Part shown: positions 18,953-28,697 of the stretch, in pieces | Numbering within the stretch: the stretch's first letter is position 1 | Layout of the letters: the number at the start of each line of letters is the position of its first letter | Assembly: GCA_963762565.1 (NCBI GenBank) | Contig: CAVXLD010000003.1 | Span: 352,001-416,000, forward strand | DNA length: 64,000 nucleotides | Reading direction: 5' to 3' | DNA from: an uncultured Verrucomicrobiae bacterium | GTDB lineage: Bacteria; Verrucomicrobiota; Verrucomicrobiia; Chthoniobacterales; JAFAMB01 | Program-made: the position numbers and the translations under genes | The notes under the pieces: model-generated | What the model saw: the letters and a program-made list of their open reading frames with translations, nothing else | Database searches by the model: none | Told to the model about the DNA's origin: nothing

Positions 18953-20311
18953 TCACCGGCTCCGGGCAGGTTCCTTCGATCCCCGATCGTTGGATACGTC
19001 CTTCGATTTTGGCCGTTTGTCGATGACGCGTTTGGCTTTGCCAACCACGACACGCTCGATGTTACCTGGCGGTACGGGCGTGACAGCTGCGGTCACTCCG
19101 ACCCAGTTCTTTATCTGATGCCGGAGCTCGTTTGCTAACTGCAGCTCCTCGGTTTGGCTTAAAGTGACGCGAGCTTCGACCCTTACTTCAAGCTCGTCCA
19201 AGCGATCCACCCGGGACACCACCAATAAATAATGCGGCGAAAGCTTCGGGTGTTTGACGATCAATTCCTCGATTTGCGATGGGAACACGTTCACTCCCCG
19301 AATAATCAGCATATCATCCGAGCGACCGACGATTCTGCCGATGCGTCGCATCGAGCGAGCAGTCGGAGGCAGTAACCGGGCAAGGTCCCGGGTGCGATAC
19401 CGGATCAAGGGAAGCGCTTCCTTGGTTAAAGAGGTCAAGACCAGTTCTCCATAGGTTCCGTCCGGCACACCGGCGCCTGTTTCCGGATCAATAATTTCCG
19501 GATAAAAATGGTCCTCCCAAATAACCAACCCATCTTTGGTCTCGACGCACTCGCAAGCCACGCCGGGTCCCATTATCTCTGACAATCCGTAGATATCGAC
19601 CGCATCGAGATGGAATCGGCTTTCGATTTCGGCGCGGAGAGATTCAGACCACGGCTCGGCCCCAAAGATCCCAACTCGCAGGGAGCTCTTCGTCGCGTCG
19701 AGCCCCTGGCGCGCGAACTCGTCTGCGATGGTCAACATGTACGAAGGTGTCATCATGACGACGCTAGGCTGCAGGTCCGTAATCATCTGAACTTGTTTCT
19801 CCGTCTGTCCTCCCGACATCGGGATAACAGCACAGCCCAGGCGTTCAGCCCCGTAATGCGCGCCCAGGCCGCCGGTAAATAATCCGTAACCATAGGAAAC
19901 CAACACGATCTGACCGGGCCGCCCGCCCGCTGCTCGAATCGAGCGAGCCATCAAAGTGCTCCAATTGTCGATATCGTTTCGCGTGTAAGCGACGATCGTC
20001 GGTTTACCGGTTGTGCCGCTCGATGCGTGAATGCGAATGATTTCTTCCCGAGGCACAGCTATCATCCCAAAAGGATAGTTGCGGCGCAGGTCTTCTTTTA
20101 CCGTGAACGGGAACTTGTTGAGATCTTCCAAGGTCCTCAGGTTGCTCGGATGCAGACCTAGCGCACTAAACCTCTCGCGGTAGTGGCGCACTCGATCGTA
20201 GGCATGCTGCAACGACCATTTTAAGCGTTTGAGCTGCAGCGCTCTGAGTTCGTCTTGGCTAGCCTGCTCGATCGGCTCGAAGGAGGCAGCGCTGAGTGTT
20301 TGGGGGGACAT
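18953..20311 (-). CDS. paaK: Phenylacetate-CoA ligase
   Basis: RIHASSGTTGKPT, YGYGLFTGGLGAHYGAE, DIYGLSEIMGPGVA, RYRTRDL, GRSDDMLIIRGVNVFPSQIE. Confidence 0.96.
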   Translation of the reverse strand: MSPQTLSAASFEPIEQASQDELRALQLKRLKWSLQHAYDRVRHYRERFSALGLHPSNLRTLEDLNKFPFTVKEDLRRNYPFGMIAVPREEIIRIHASSGTTGKPTIVAYTRNDIDNWSTLMARSIRAAGGRPGQIVLVSYGYGLFTGGLGAHYGAERLGCAVIPMSGGQTEKQVQMITDLQPSVVMMTPSYMLTIADEFARQGLDATKSSLRVGIFGAEPWSESLRAEIESRFHLDAVDIYGLSEIMGPGVACECVETKDGLVIWEDHFYPEIIDPETGAGVPDGTYGELVLTSLTKEALPLIRYRTRDLARLLPPTARSMRRIGRIVGRSDDMLIIRGVNVFPSQIEELIVKHPKLSPHYLLVVSRVDRLDELEVRVEARVTLSQTEELQLANELRHQIKNWVGVTAAVTPVPPGNIERVVVGKAKRVIDKRPKSKDVSNDRGSKEPARSR

Positions 20312-20319
20312 AGGGGGAG

Positions 20320-20440
20320 GGTGAGAGGTGAGAAGTGAGAAGTGAGAAGAGGGTGAGAGGTGTTACCCGCGAGACATTTGCTATTTGCTATTGGCTATTG
20401 GCTATTGGCTATTGGCTATTGGCTATTGGCTATTGGCTAT
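20320..20440. repeat. GTGAGAA/G heptamer run followed by a GCTATTG heptamer run (about 9 units) overlapping the paaI stop
   Basis: ggtgagaggtgagaagtgagaagtgagaag ... gctatttgctattggctattggctattggctattggctattggctattggctattggctatt. Confidence 0.92.
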
Positions 20441-20897
20441 TCGCGCTTGCCGCGACCGTCTCCCCTGTGATTCGGTAGGATCGGCCTCGGAAGAAGGCGA
20501 CGGGGTGACCAGATTGATTGGTGACGACAACATCATAGAGGCCTAGACGGCCGGGCAGCGCGCGCTCGGTTGCTTCGGCGGTTAGTTCATCTCCGATCCG
20601 CGCCGGGGTGACAAAGTCGATTGAGCCTCCGGAGGCTACTGTGCTTCGGTTGTAGCTGTTACAGGCAAAGGCAAAGGCGCTATCTGCTAAGGTGAAAATT
20701 ACACCTCCATGACAGATCGAATGGCTGTTCGACATATCAGGCCGGACCGTCATCTTGAGGCGAGCGTACCCGGGGCGAATTTCGACAATACTAATACCGA
20801 GAGCGCGCGACATGGCGTCTTGCGCAAGCATTCCTTCCGCTACACGTTCGGCTAATCTTGTCTCGTCGGATCTAGTGTCATGTCTCATAAATAGCAT
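20430..20897 (-). CDS. paaI: Hydroxyphenylacetyl-CoA thioesterase PaaI
   Basis: CHGGVIFTLADSAFAFACNS, GLYDVVVTNQ, FRGRSYR; located in the paa cluster. Confidence 0.93.
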   Translation of the reverse strand: MLFMRHDTRSDETRLAERVAEGMLAQDAMSRALGISIVEIRPGYARLKMTVRPDMSNSHSICHGGVIFTLADSAFAFACNSYNRSTVASGGSIDFVTPARIGDELTAEATERALPGRLGLYDVVVTNQSGHPVAFFRGRSYRITGETVAASANSQ

Positions 20898-20940
20898 GGC
20901 TTTCGTGCAAGTTCGTTGCTCAGGGGTAATGAACTCACAG

Positions 20941-21025
20941 CGTACCCTAACGGGGCGGATCGCTGGGTGCGGCCTTCCCAGGCACTTCGTGCCAGGCTAC
21001 CATCGTTCCATCCCTCCGGGATTGA
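20941..21025. repeat. REP-like palindromic element (CCAGGCACTTCGTGCCAGG core)
   Basis: cgtaccctaacggggcgg ... ccaggcacttcgtgccaggctac ... atccctccgggat; short hairpins between paaH and paaI; single copy in the window. Confidence 0.5.
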
Positions 21026-21059
21026 AAGGCCCTCGCTGGGCCAGTTTTTCCATAACGTA

Positions 21060-22622
21060 CTAAAGTTCATCTAACTGTTTCCCCGTCCAGAGGGTGCGCG
21101 TGATCAAAGGAGAGGTTCGGTAACGGTCTTCGCCGTAATAGACCGAGAGGTTATGGAGAACGTCTCGGATGCGTCGAAGCCCGATCTTGCGACTCCATTC
21201 AAACGGGCCGGCCGGGTAACGTGTTCCCTTCCGCATCGCCAAATCGATATCGCCACAGGTTGCGACTTTTTGCAGAGCCGTGTCTGCTGCTTCATTTATC
21301 AGCATGGATACCGTTCGCATGACGGCTAAACCCGGCACGTCATCCAAAGTAACGACCTCGTAACCGGCTGCTTGAAATAGAGCCACCGCTGATTGGTATG
21401 CCTTTTCGCTACACCGAGGCGCAGGCGACAGTGCTATAGCTCCGGCGCTCTCATAGTCAAAAGCTAGATCAACCAGCACGGTGTTAGGTTGGTTCTCTTC
21501 GAACGCGATTTGGGCGGCGGTCCTCCCGTCGGTCAGGCGCACGTTTGCTTGATCGACCATCGCCACTAAATCGCCCTCTGCTCTTGCGATACGTCCGGCG
21601 CCAGGGAACGCCTTTCGCAGACGAGTTAACAATCCGTTCGTGAGCGAATCACCGGCCGACAGCCAGACCTCATGGGGAACCGAGTGTCGCATTTCCAGCG
21701 GAGGTTCACTCTTAGTCGAGTCCTCACCGTAGTCATAAAAACCGCGTCCGGTCTTACGTCCATAGAATCCCCCCTCCACCAGCTCTTTCTGATAAACCGA
21801 AGGCATGAACTTCGGGTTCTGATAGAAACCATCAAATACCGACTGGGTAACCGCAAAGTTAACATCGTTGCCGATCAGATCCATCAACTCAAACGGTCCC
21901 ATAGGAAACCGTCCGGCTTCACGCATGACATAATCGATCGTGACGGGATCGCTCCCTTCTGTCACCAGACGGAGAGCTTCGGCATAAAACGGGCGAGCGA
22001 CACGGTTAACAATGAACCCCGGTGTAGAATTGGCTTGGACTGGGATTTTGTCCCATGTCTTAACCGTCTCCAAAACAATCGACAGAGTAGTTTCGTCTGT
22101 CGATAGTCCGGAAACGACCTCCACGAGTTCCATGATCTGCGCCGGGTTAAAGAAATGCATCCCGATCACTCGATTTGGATAGACAAGTCCGGCTGCCAGT
22201 TTGGTAATCGAAAACGAGGAGGTATTGCTGGCGATAATCGACTCCTTTGAAAGGATATTCTCCAAGTCCTGGATAAGTCGTTTCTTGGTGTCGAGGTCTT
22301 CAACGACGGCCTCGATTACTAACCCGGCATCACCAAGGCCAAAAAGACTGGTGACGGGCGCGATCCGTCGCTCGATCTCTTCGGCCGCGCGGGCAGTCAA
22401 TTTACCTTTCCCCACAGACTTGTTCAGACTACGATTAACCTTTTCCAGCGCCCGAGTAACAGCCTCTGGAACCGAGTCGAAGATTTTGACTGGATGCCCC
22501 CCGCAAGCAGCTACCTCGGCGATTCCTGCGCCCATGGTCCCTGCACCGATGATCCCGACCACCGTATCCGGCGGGATCGGCTGTTTGGCAGCGAATTTAG
22601 GTCTGGGGAGTGTTGTCAGCAT
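21060..22622 (-). CDS. paaH: 3-hydroxyadipyl-CoA dehydrogenase
   Basis: GAGTMGAGIA, IASNTSS, GMHFFNPA, PGFIVNRVARPFYAEA, MGPFELMDLIG; duplicated C-terminal domain. Confidence 0.93.
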   Translation of the reverse strand: MLTTLPRPKFAAKQPIPPDTVVGIIGAGTMGAGIAEVAACGGHPVKIFDSVPEAVTRALEKVNRSLNKSVGKGKLTARAAEEIERRIAPVTSLFGLGDAGLVIEAVVEDLDTKKRLIQDLENILSKESIIASNTSSFSITKLAAGLVYPNRVIGMHFFNPAQIMELVEVVSGLSTDETTLSIVLETVKTWDKIPVQANSTPGFIVNRVARPFYAEALRLVTEGSDPVTIDYVMREAGRFPMGPFELMDLIGNDVNFAVTQSVFDGFYQNPKFMPSVYQKELVEGGFYGRKTGRGFYDYGEDSTKSEPPLEMRHSVPHEVWLSAGDSLTNGLLTRLRKAFPGAGRIARAEGDLVAMVDQANVRLTDGRTAAQIAFEENQPNTVLVDLAFDYESAGAIALSPAPRCSEKAYQSAVALFQAAGYEVVTLDDVPGLAVMRTVSMLINEAADTALQKVATCGDIDLAMRKGTRYPAGPFEWSRKIGLRRIRDVLHNLSVYYGEDRYRTSPLITRTLWTGKQLDEL

Positions 22623-22729
22623 GCAAGGGTATCAGGGGCTCGTCCTCGTTCTCGTCGTCGTCCTCGTCCTCGAGAAAGCGGGAACGGAGTAATGGAGCGG
22701 CGGAGTAATGGAGTGTTGTAGTATTGCTT

Positions 22730-23515
22730 TCACGTCCCCGTAAACTTCGGAGGCCTCTTCTCTAAAAATGCCGTAACCCCTTCCCGAAAATCATTACTGC
22801 GCCCGAGCTCCCGCATATAGTCGCGTTCCAGATCGAGCTGTTTGTCCAGCAACAAACCAATCGAACTATTAATTGCTGCTTTTGTATACGCGAGCCCCTT
22901 GGTTGGCGCTATGGCCAGGGTATTAAGCAATTCTTCGATGCTGGCCTTGAACGCTTCGTCCTCGACGCAGCGCCAGATCAAACCCCAAGCCGCGGCTTGC
23001 TCGGCGGAAAGCCGTTCACCTAGCAGAGCGAGCCCCAGTGCTCTCGCAGTGCCAACCAATCTAGGCAAAAAGAAGGTTCCACCGGTGTCAGGAATTAGAC
23101 CGAGTTTAGCAAATGACTGGATAAAGCTGGCAGACTTAGTTGCGATCACGAGATCACAAGCCAGGGCCAAGCTTACTCCGGCTCCGGCAGCAACTCCGTT
23201 AACCCCGGCGACCACAGGTAAAGGAAGAGCGCGGAGTGTACGCACCAACGGCGCATAGTATTTCTCAATACTATCGCCTAAATCGATCGCGCCTTCTCCG
23301 GTCTTGGTGTTTCTGTCTGCGAGATCCTGCCCGGCGCAGAAAGCGCGTCCAGCTCCAGTCATCAATAGCACGCGTACGCGCTGCTCCTTCACCTGCTCAA
23401 GCGCTTCGCGCACTTCCAGATGCATCGCTTCGTTGAAGCTGTTGAGCTTGTCGGGACGGTTAAGCGTCAACCGAGCGATGTCGTCCTTAAGATCGAGAAG
23501 AATAGTTTGAAACAT
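22730..23515 (-). CDS. paaG: 2-(1,2-epoxy-1,2-dihydrophenyl)acetyl-CoA isomerase
   Basis: LNRPDKLNSF, FCAGQDL, VNGVAAGAG, LIPDTGGT; crotonase fold. Confidence 0.93.
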   Translation of the reverse strand: MFQTILLDLKDDIARLTLNRPDKLNSFNEAMHLEVREALEQVKEQRVRVLLMTGAGRAFCAGQDLADRNTKTGEGAIDLGDSIEKYYAPLVRTLRALPLPVVAGVNGVAAGAGVSLALACDLVIATKSASFIQSFAKLGLIPDTGGTFFLPRLVGTARALGLALLGERLSAEQAAAWGLIWRCVEDEAFKASIEELLNTLAIAPTKGLAYTKAAINSSIGLLLDKQLDLERDYMRELGRSNDFREGVTAFLEKRPPKFTGT

Positions 23516-23641
23516 AGGAGGTTCAGGAGTTCAGCATGGGGCGGTTAAAGAAATGGCGAGACAGAAAAAGTTGCGGTGACCTGAATACGAGATCAGCGCG
23601 GTGGTCTCCTGAACTCCTGAACTTCTGCAACTCCTGAACTC

Positions 23642-24427
23642 CTATTTGTTTTTGAATCTCGGTTCACGTTTCTCTAAAAAGGCTGCCATGCCTTCTTTCT
23701 GATCTTCGAGTGCAAAGGTTGCTTGGAAGCTGCGTCGTTCTACCCTTAGCCCTTCCGTCAGCGGTAGCTCATAGGCGGCGTTAACCGCGTCTTTGATCAT
23801 CATCACACTTGGCCGAGAAAGAGATGCGATTTTAGTTGCGGTACGGATGGCTTCCTCTTTCAGATCAGCGAGTGGAACCACTCGACTGACCAATCCGGCG
23901 CGTTCGGCCTCGTTGGCATCGATGAATCGACCGGTCAGACACATCTCCATGGCTTTCGATTTCCCGATGAGTCTGGTAAGTCTTTGGGTGCCGCCGGCCC
24001 CGGGCATCGCCCCGATCATGACCTCGGGTTGACCGAACTTAGCGTTGTCAGCGGCAATGATAAAATCGCATGCCATCGCTAGCTCGCACCCTCCACCAAG
24101 GGCATACCCGGAAACAGCAGCGATGATCGGTTTTCGAATTGCGGAGACCCGGGTCCAGGCGCCGCCGCGACCTTCGGGAAAGTCCTGTAGAAGGAGAGCG
24201 GCAAAGGTCTGATCTTGCATCTCCTGGATGTCCGCTCCGGCAGCGAAGGCTTTATCATTTCCCATTAGAATCATTGCCCCTATCGCATCGTCCGCCTCCC
24301 ATTCTTGCAGTGCGTGCACGACCTCACGCATCAACGCCGTAGAAAGTGCGTTGCGCCTCTCGGGCCGATTTAAGATCAGAATCCCAACCGGGCCACGAGT
24401 CTCGCAGAGAATGTTTTGATAGCTCAT
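23642..24427 (-). CDS. paaF: 2,3-dehydroadipyl-CoA hydratase (enoyl-CoA hydratase)
   Basis: AFAAGADIQEM, GYALGGGCELAMACD, FGQPE, PGAGGTQRL. Confidence 0.9.
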   Translation of the reverse strand: MSYQNILCETRGPVGILILNRPERRNALSTALMREVVHALQEWEADDAIGAMILMGNDKAFAAGADIQEMQDQTFAALLLQDFPEGRGGAWTRVSAIRKPIIAAVSGYALGGGCELAMACDFIIAADNAKFGQPEVMIGAMPGAGGTQRLTRLIGKSKAMEMCLTGRFIDANEAERAGLVSRVVPLADLKEEAIRTATKIASLSRPSVMMIKDAVNAAYELPLTEGLRVERRSFQATFALEDQKEGMAAFLEKREPRFKNK

Positions 24428-25056
24428 AGTTGGCGGAAGCCAGAAGCAAAAATGTCATGGAGCTCCTTTGCGGGTGGGTCATATCTGGGGAGCTGAAACC
24501 GGCGACGATTTGGTTCCGGTTGGGTCAGGGGTTCGCAGGCTCGCATAGTGGCTAGCGAACGTTTGGTCAACATTTGATAAACCCCGGTCCCTGTTGTTTT
24601 GGTGGCGACCTCTTCTTCGGTTAGTTCACGCACAAGTCTGCCTGGGATCCCGGCAACCAACATCCGGGGAGGAACGAACATGCCGGCCTTCACAAAAGAT
24701 AGTGCGGCCACCAGCGAGGATTCACCGATCTCCACTTCATCCATCACCACGGCGTTCATGCCGATCATGGCGTTTTTACCGATTCTACACCCATGCAGAA
24801 TTGCACCGTGACCGATATGTCCGCCTGCCTCGACCGTTACTTCCATATTCGGATAGGTATGCACCACGCAACCATCTTGAAGATTGCTGCCTGCCTCTAT
24901 CACGATCCTTCCCATGTCGCCCCGAAGGGATGCGCCCGGGCCGATGTAACAGCCGGGGCCGATAATAACGTCGCCAATGAGAACCGCGGTTGGATGAACG
25001 AACGCTGCCGGATCCACTACCGGGGTGATATCGTCGATGGAATAGATGTTAGACAT
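24424..25056 (-). CDS. paaY: PaaY hexapeptide-repeat (gamma-carbonic-anhydrase-like) protein
   Basis: PVVDPAAFVHPTAVLIGDV, SLRGD, GHIGHGAILHGC. Confidence 0.9.
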   Translation of the reverse strand: MSNIYSIDDITPVVDPAAFVHPTAVLIGDVIIGPGCYIGPGASLRGDMGRIVIEAGSNLQDGCVVHTYPNMEVTVEAGGHIGHGAILHGCRIGKNAMIGMNAVVMDEVEIGESSLVAALSFVKAGMFVPPRMLVAGIPGRLVRELTEEEVATKTTGTGVYQMLTKRSLATMRACEPLTQPEPNRRRFQLPRYDPPAKELHDIFASGFRQL

Positions 25057-25211
25057 AGGATGGAGGATGAAGGTAGGGGAGGCGGATTGGTAGCGAGGCT
25101 CCCGATTGCACGGAGTAGAGATCCCGGAATGACCCAGGAGGTTGAGGTCCGAAATGCGCCGAGCCGTTGGGGAGATGGAATAATGGAGGATTGGAGTAAT
25201 GGAGGATTTGG

Positions 25212-26876
25212 TTAGACTGGAATTCTGGTTTCGATGATGCGGAAGCGGTTCGCGACAAAGGCGCTATCGGTTAGGCTGGCGTTAGCGGCTGGATTGGCTC
25301 CAGTGCCGTGATAGTCGCTGAAGGCGGCAGATTGGTTTACGTAGATTCCGCCGGTGAGGTTGCACGACAAACTGACGCCGGCCTCGGCCGCGATTTCGCC
25401 GGCCGCGTGTAAGAGAGATTCCTTGGTTGAGTAGACCGCGAACGTCAGGGAGCCGCAGCGAAGAGAAGTCATGCGTGACAGCTCTAGTGCTTGTTCGGCA
25501 GTGTCCACGGGAATAACGAACACAATCGGGCCGAAACATTCTTGTAAGTAATAGTCGTGGTCGGATGCCGTTAATTGAACGAGCAGGGGGGTCCGCACGC
25601 AGGCGTCGGGAAATTGCGGATGGCTAATGCTTTGGGTATCGGAAATAATTTTGCCTAGTTTGCGAGCGCCTTCCAAGCGATCCAGGGTTGCTTCACTCTG
25701 GATTGCTCCGAGAATTTCGACTGCCCGGGCGGGGTCACCAAGGAGTTTAGCAAGACTATCGGCGAGGCCTTGGACAACTTGGTCAAAAGAGAGATGTCCA
25801 TCAGGCGTCTCCACTCCGTCCTTGGGAATGTAAAGATTTTGAGGGGCAGTGCACATTTGACCGGAATAGAGCGAGATCGAGAAAGCCAGGTTCTTGACCA
25901 TTCCGGCAAAATCATTTGTGGAATCAATTACAACCTGATTTACACCGGCTTTCTCGGTATAAACCGTGGCCTGTCTGGCTTCTTTCTCCAGCCATTCTCC
26001 GTTCCTGGTGCTTCCGGTGAAATCGATAATTTTAATTTCCGGACGCAAAGCGAGCTTTTTGGGGGTGTCGTCATTTGGATCATGGGCGACGAGGGTGACG
26101 ATGTTCGGATCGAAACCGGCTTCCGTCAGGACTTGGCGCGCAGTTTCGACAGTTAAGGCCAAGGGAAGAATCGCACCGGGATGCGGTTTTACGATTACTG
26201 CGTTTCCTGTCGCCAAGTTAGCAAAGAAACCTGGGTACGCATTCCAGGTCGGGAAGGTAGAACAACCGATGACCAAGCCGATACCACGGGGGACGATTTT
26301 AAACTGTTTGTTCAGTTTTAAGGGCTCGTTCTTGCCTTGCGGTTTTTCCCAGTACGCGGTTTTGGGGACATGATTAAGTTCGGTCCATGCATAAGCCACT
26401 GCCTCGAGACCTCTATCTTGCGCATGGGGTCCTCCGGCTTGGAAAGCCATCATGAAGCCTTGGCCGGTGGTGTGCATGACTGAGTAAGCCATCTCGAAGC
26501 TTCGCCGGTTCAGGCGCTGGAGGATTTCAAGGCAAACCCCAACCCAGGTTTCCGGGTCTGCCGCGCGCCAAGGTTTTTGCGCGGCGAGCATTGTCTTCAA
26601 GAGCGGGTCGAGGTCAACTTTGGGATAAGTGATTTCCAAAGGGAAACCGTAGGGCGACCGCTCCGAGCCAGTTTGACCAACGGTCGCCGGAAGGTTGAGA
26701 GGATACGGATGATGGAGCCTGGATTCGAACGCTGCTTTCCCGGATTCGTTAGCAGTCTCACCATAAATCTTGCCGCTCGGAATCTCTGGGAACGCGCTCC
26801 AATAAGTCCGCTTCTCAATGGCTTGCACAGCGTCCTTCAGGAGCTGTTGATGAGTAGAAAAGAAAGAGTTAGACAT
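25212..26876 (-). CDS. paaN: Phenylacetic acid degradation aldehyde dehydrogenase PaaN
   Basis: HTTGQGFMMAFQAGGPHAQDRGLEA, GCSTFPTWN, SLYSGQMCTAPQN, VNQSAAFSDYHGTGANPAANA. Confidence 0.93.
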   Translation of the reverse strand: MSNSFFSTHQQLLKDAVQAIEKRTYWSAFPEIPSGKIYGETANESGKAAFESRLHHPYPLNLPATVGQTGSERSPYGFPLEITYPKVDLDPLLKTMLAAQKPWRAADPETWVGVCLEILQRLNRRSFEMAYSVMHTTGQGFMMAFQAGGPHAQDRGLEAVAYAWTELNHVPKTAYWEKPQGKNEPLKLNKQFKIVPRGIGLVIGCSTFPTWNAYPGFFANLATGNAVIVKPHPGAILPLALTVETARQVLTEAGFDPNIVTLVAHDPNDDTPKKLALRPEIKIIDFTGSTRNGEWLEKEARQATVYTEKAGVNQVVIDSTNDFAGMVKNLAFSISLYSGQMCTAPQNLYIPKDGVETPDGHLSFDQVVQGLADSLAKLLGDPARAVEILGAIQSEATLDRLEGARKLGKIISDTQSISHPQFPDACVRTPLLVQLTASDHDYYLQECFGPIVFVIPVDTAEQALELSRMTSLRCGSLTFAVYSTKESLLHAAGEIAAEAGVSLSCNLTGGIYVNQSAAFSDYHGTGANPAANASLTDSAFVANRFRIIETRIPV

Positions 26877-26890
26877 AATTGTTACTCTGG

Positions 26891-28000
26891 TTAGTGGATT
26901 TTGTCGAAATCGACTACGAGCTCGTTAGTTCTAGGATAGCTTTGACAGGTCAGAATAAATCCGCGATCGATTTCGTAGTCTTCTAACCCGTAGTGAGCAT
27001 GCATCTCCACTTGCCCGGTGCGGAGATGGGCCCGGCAACTTGCGCAAACACCCCCTTGGCAACCATAACGCAATTCCAGTCCGTGGCGTAACCCTGCCTT
27101 TAGCACTGATTCTGTCTCTCGCGGCATGGTAAATTGATGCTCGATGCCATCTAAAATGATGGTGACGGCACACTGCTGTTCTGGCGCTGGGACCTGATCA
27201 ATGCCGACGCCGTTCTTGGGGGCGGCAAATAGTTCTGTCCTGATCTTGGCGTCCGGTAACCCTTCGGATCGCAAAGCGGCCTTGACTTCTTCGCGCATCG
27301 AGGCAGGGCCACAGATGAAAGCGTTATCGATATTATTCCCAGGGACCCAGCGTTTCAGTAAATCGCGGGACTTCGAGTAGTCAATTCGGCCATATAGCAG
27401 ATCGCTCTCTTGTCTTTCGCGAGTTAGTATGTGGACCAGAGTAAGCCGGTTAACAAAGCGGTCCTTAAGGTCACCTAGTTCATTCCGCAGCATGACGGAG
27501 CCGGTAGATCGGTTACCATAAAAGAGAGTAAATTCGCTCTTCGGTTCGGCGATCAACGTTGACTTGATAATAGAAAATACTGGAGTGATACCGCTGCCGG
27601 CGGCAAAGGCGACGTAGTTGTGGCGCTCGGCGGCTGATAGCGGCACCCCGAAGCGGCCGGTCGGCGGCATGATCTCGATCATAGTGCCGGGCTTTAATTC
27701 CGTAAATGCCCAGTTCGAAAACAGGCCATTGGGCGCCCGTTTGATCGCAATTCGCAGAGCGTCGTCTTGAACTGCGGCGCAGATGGAGTAAGGACGGCGC
27801 ACCTCAGTTCCATTGATGATCGCTCGTAGGATCAGGTGTTGCCCGGGACCAAAGGAGAACTTTGGTCTTAGCACGTCGGGAACCGCAAAAGTCACGAGAA
27901 GGGAGTCGGCTGTATCCAAGCGAACGTCGGCAACTTCCAACGGGAAAAAAACGGTGGCTGGAGAGACCGTGGTCGCGACCTTCGTCGAGTTCAGTGACAT
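26891..28000 (-). CDS. paaE: Phenylacetyl-CoA epoxidase reductase subunit
   Basis: RRPYSIC, AAGSGITP, FYGNR, FICGP, C-terminal 2Fe-2S motif CQGGVCASC...LTCQ. Start ATG 28000 overlaps the paaD end. Confidence 0.93.
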   Translation of the reverse strand: MSLNSTKVATTVSPATVFFPLEVADVRLDTADSLLVTFAVPDVLRPKFSFGPGQHLILRAIINGTEVRRPYSICAAVQDDALRIAIKRAPNGLFSNWAFTELKPGTMIEIMPPTGRFGVPLSAAERHNYVAFAAGSGITPVFSIIKSTLIAEPKSEFTLFYGNRSTGSVMLRNELGDLKDRFVNRLTLVHILTRERQESDLLYGRIDYSKSRDLLKRWVPGNNIDNAFICGPASMREEVKAALRSEGLPDAKIRTELFAAPKNGVGIDQVPAPEQQCAVTIILDGIEHQFTMPRETESVLKAGLRHGLELRYGCQGGVCASCRAHLRTGQVEMHAHYGLEDYEIDRGFILTCQSYPRTNELVVDFDKIH

Positions 28001-28692
28001 TTGAAGTAATCGAATGGTTCCAGGCAAGAGTTACAGATGTAAAAGGCTTTGCAGGGAGTCGAACCGAACTGGCTGACGACTCGCGTGTCAGATGAGCCGC
28101 AACGCGGACAACAAATGGCGTCATCCTGTGCACCAGGGGCTTCGTGCTCGTGCTTCCGACTTCGCCAACCTCCTGTTGTGGAGCGCGCCTCGCTTGCGAG
28201 GCCGACTTCGAGCGGTTGGCAACATTGAGCTCGGGCTTCGTCGGACAAGCTGTGCTCGACTTCTTGCGGACGGAGTGATGGAGTAGTGGAGTGTTGGAGT
28301 GTTGCGCCTTCACCGGATTGCCGCTGGAAGCTGCGGGAGAGACGCGCGCAAGGTCCAGGCGGTGCAATACCGTATTCTAGCAATCGAGTCCTTCCGCGTT
28401 TGGTCATCCAGTCCGTTGTCCAAGCCGGCGAAAGCTGCGTTTCTATGCGGACTCGGTTTATGCCTCGCTGTTGCAGCTCCCGTTGAATGTCGTTTTTGAT
28501 GACGGCTATAGCCGGACAACCGGAGTAAGTCGGGGTGACGTTGACAACCAAGGTCGAGCTGCCGTTTTCCTCGATCCATTTAACCTTGCGCACAATCCCT
28601 AAATCAATGACTGACAATACGGGAATTTCGGGGTCGTTGACTGAGTCTAACCAAGTCCAAATTTCTTCTAGCGATGGTAAGCTCGTCAGCAT
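27991..28692 (-). CDS. paaD: Phenylacetyl-CoA epoxidase subunit PaaD with an 82-aa repeat-derived linker
   Basis: DPEIPVLSVIDLGIVR, TPTYSGCPA, LSPAWTTDW, CPRCGS, FGSTPCKA, C..CLEPFDYFKCH. Confidence 0.93.
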   Translation of the reverse strand: MLTSLPSLEEIWTWLDSVNDPEIPVLSVIDLGIVRKVKWIEENGSSTLVVNVTPTYSGCPAIAVIKNDIQRELQQRGINRVRIETQLSPAWTTDWMTKRGRTRLLEYGIAPPGPCARLSRSFQRQSGEGATLQHSTTPSLRPQEVEHSLSDEARAQCCQPLEVGLASEARSTTGGWRSRKHEHEAPGAQDDAICCPRCGSSDTRVVSQFGSTPCKAFYICNSCLEPFDYFKCH

Positions 28693-28697
28693 GGCAG

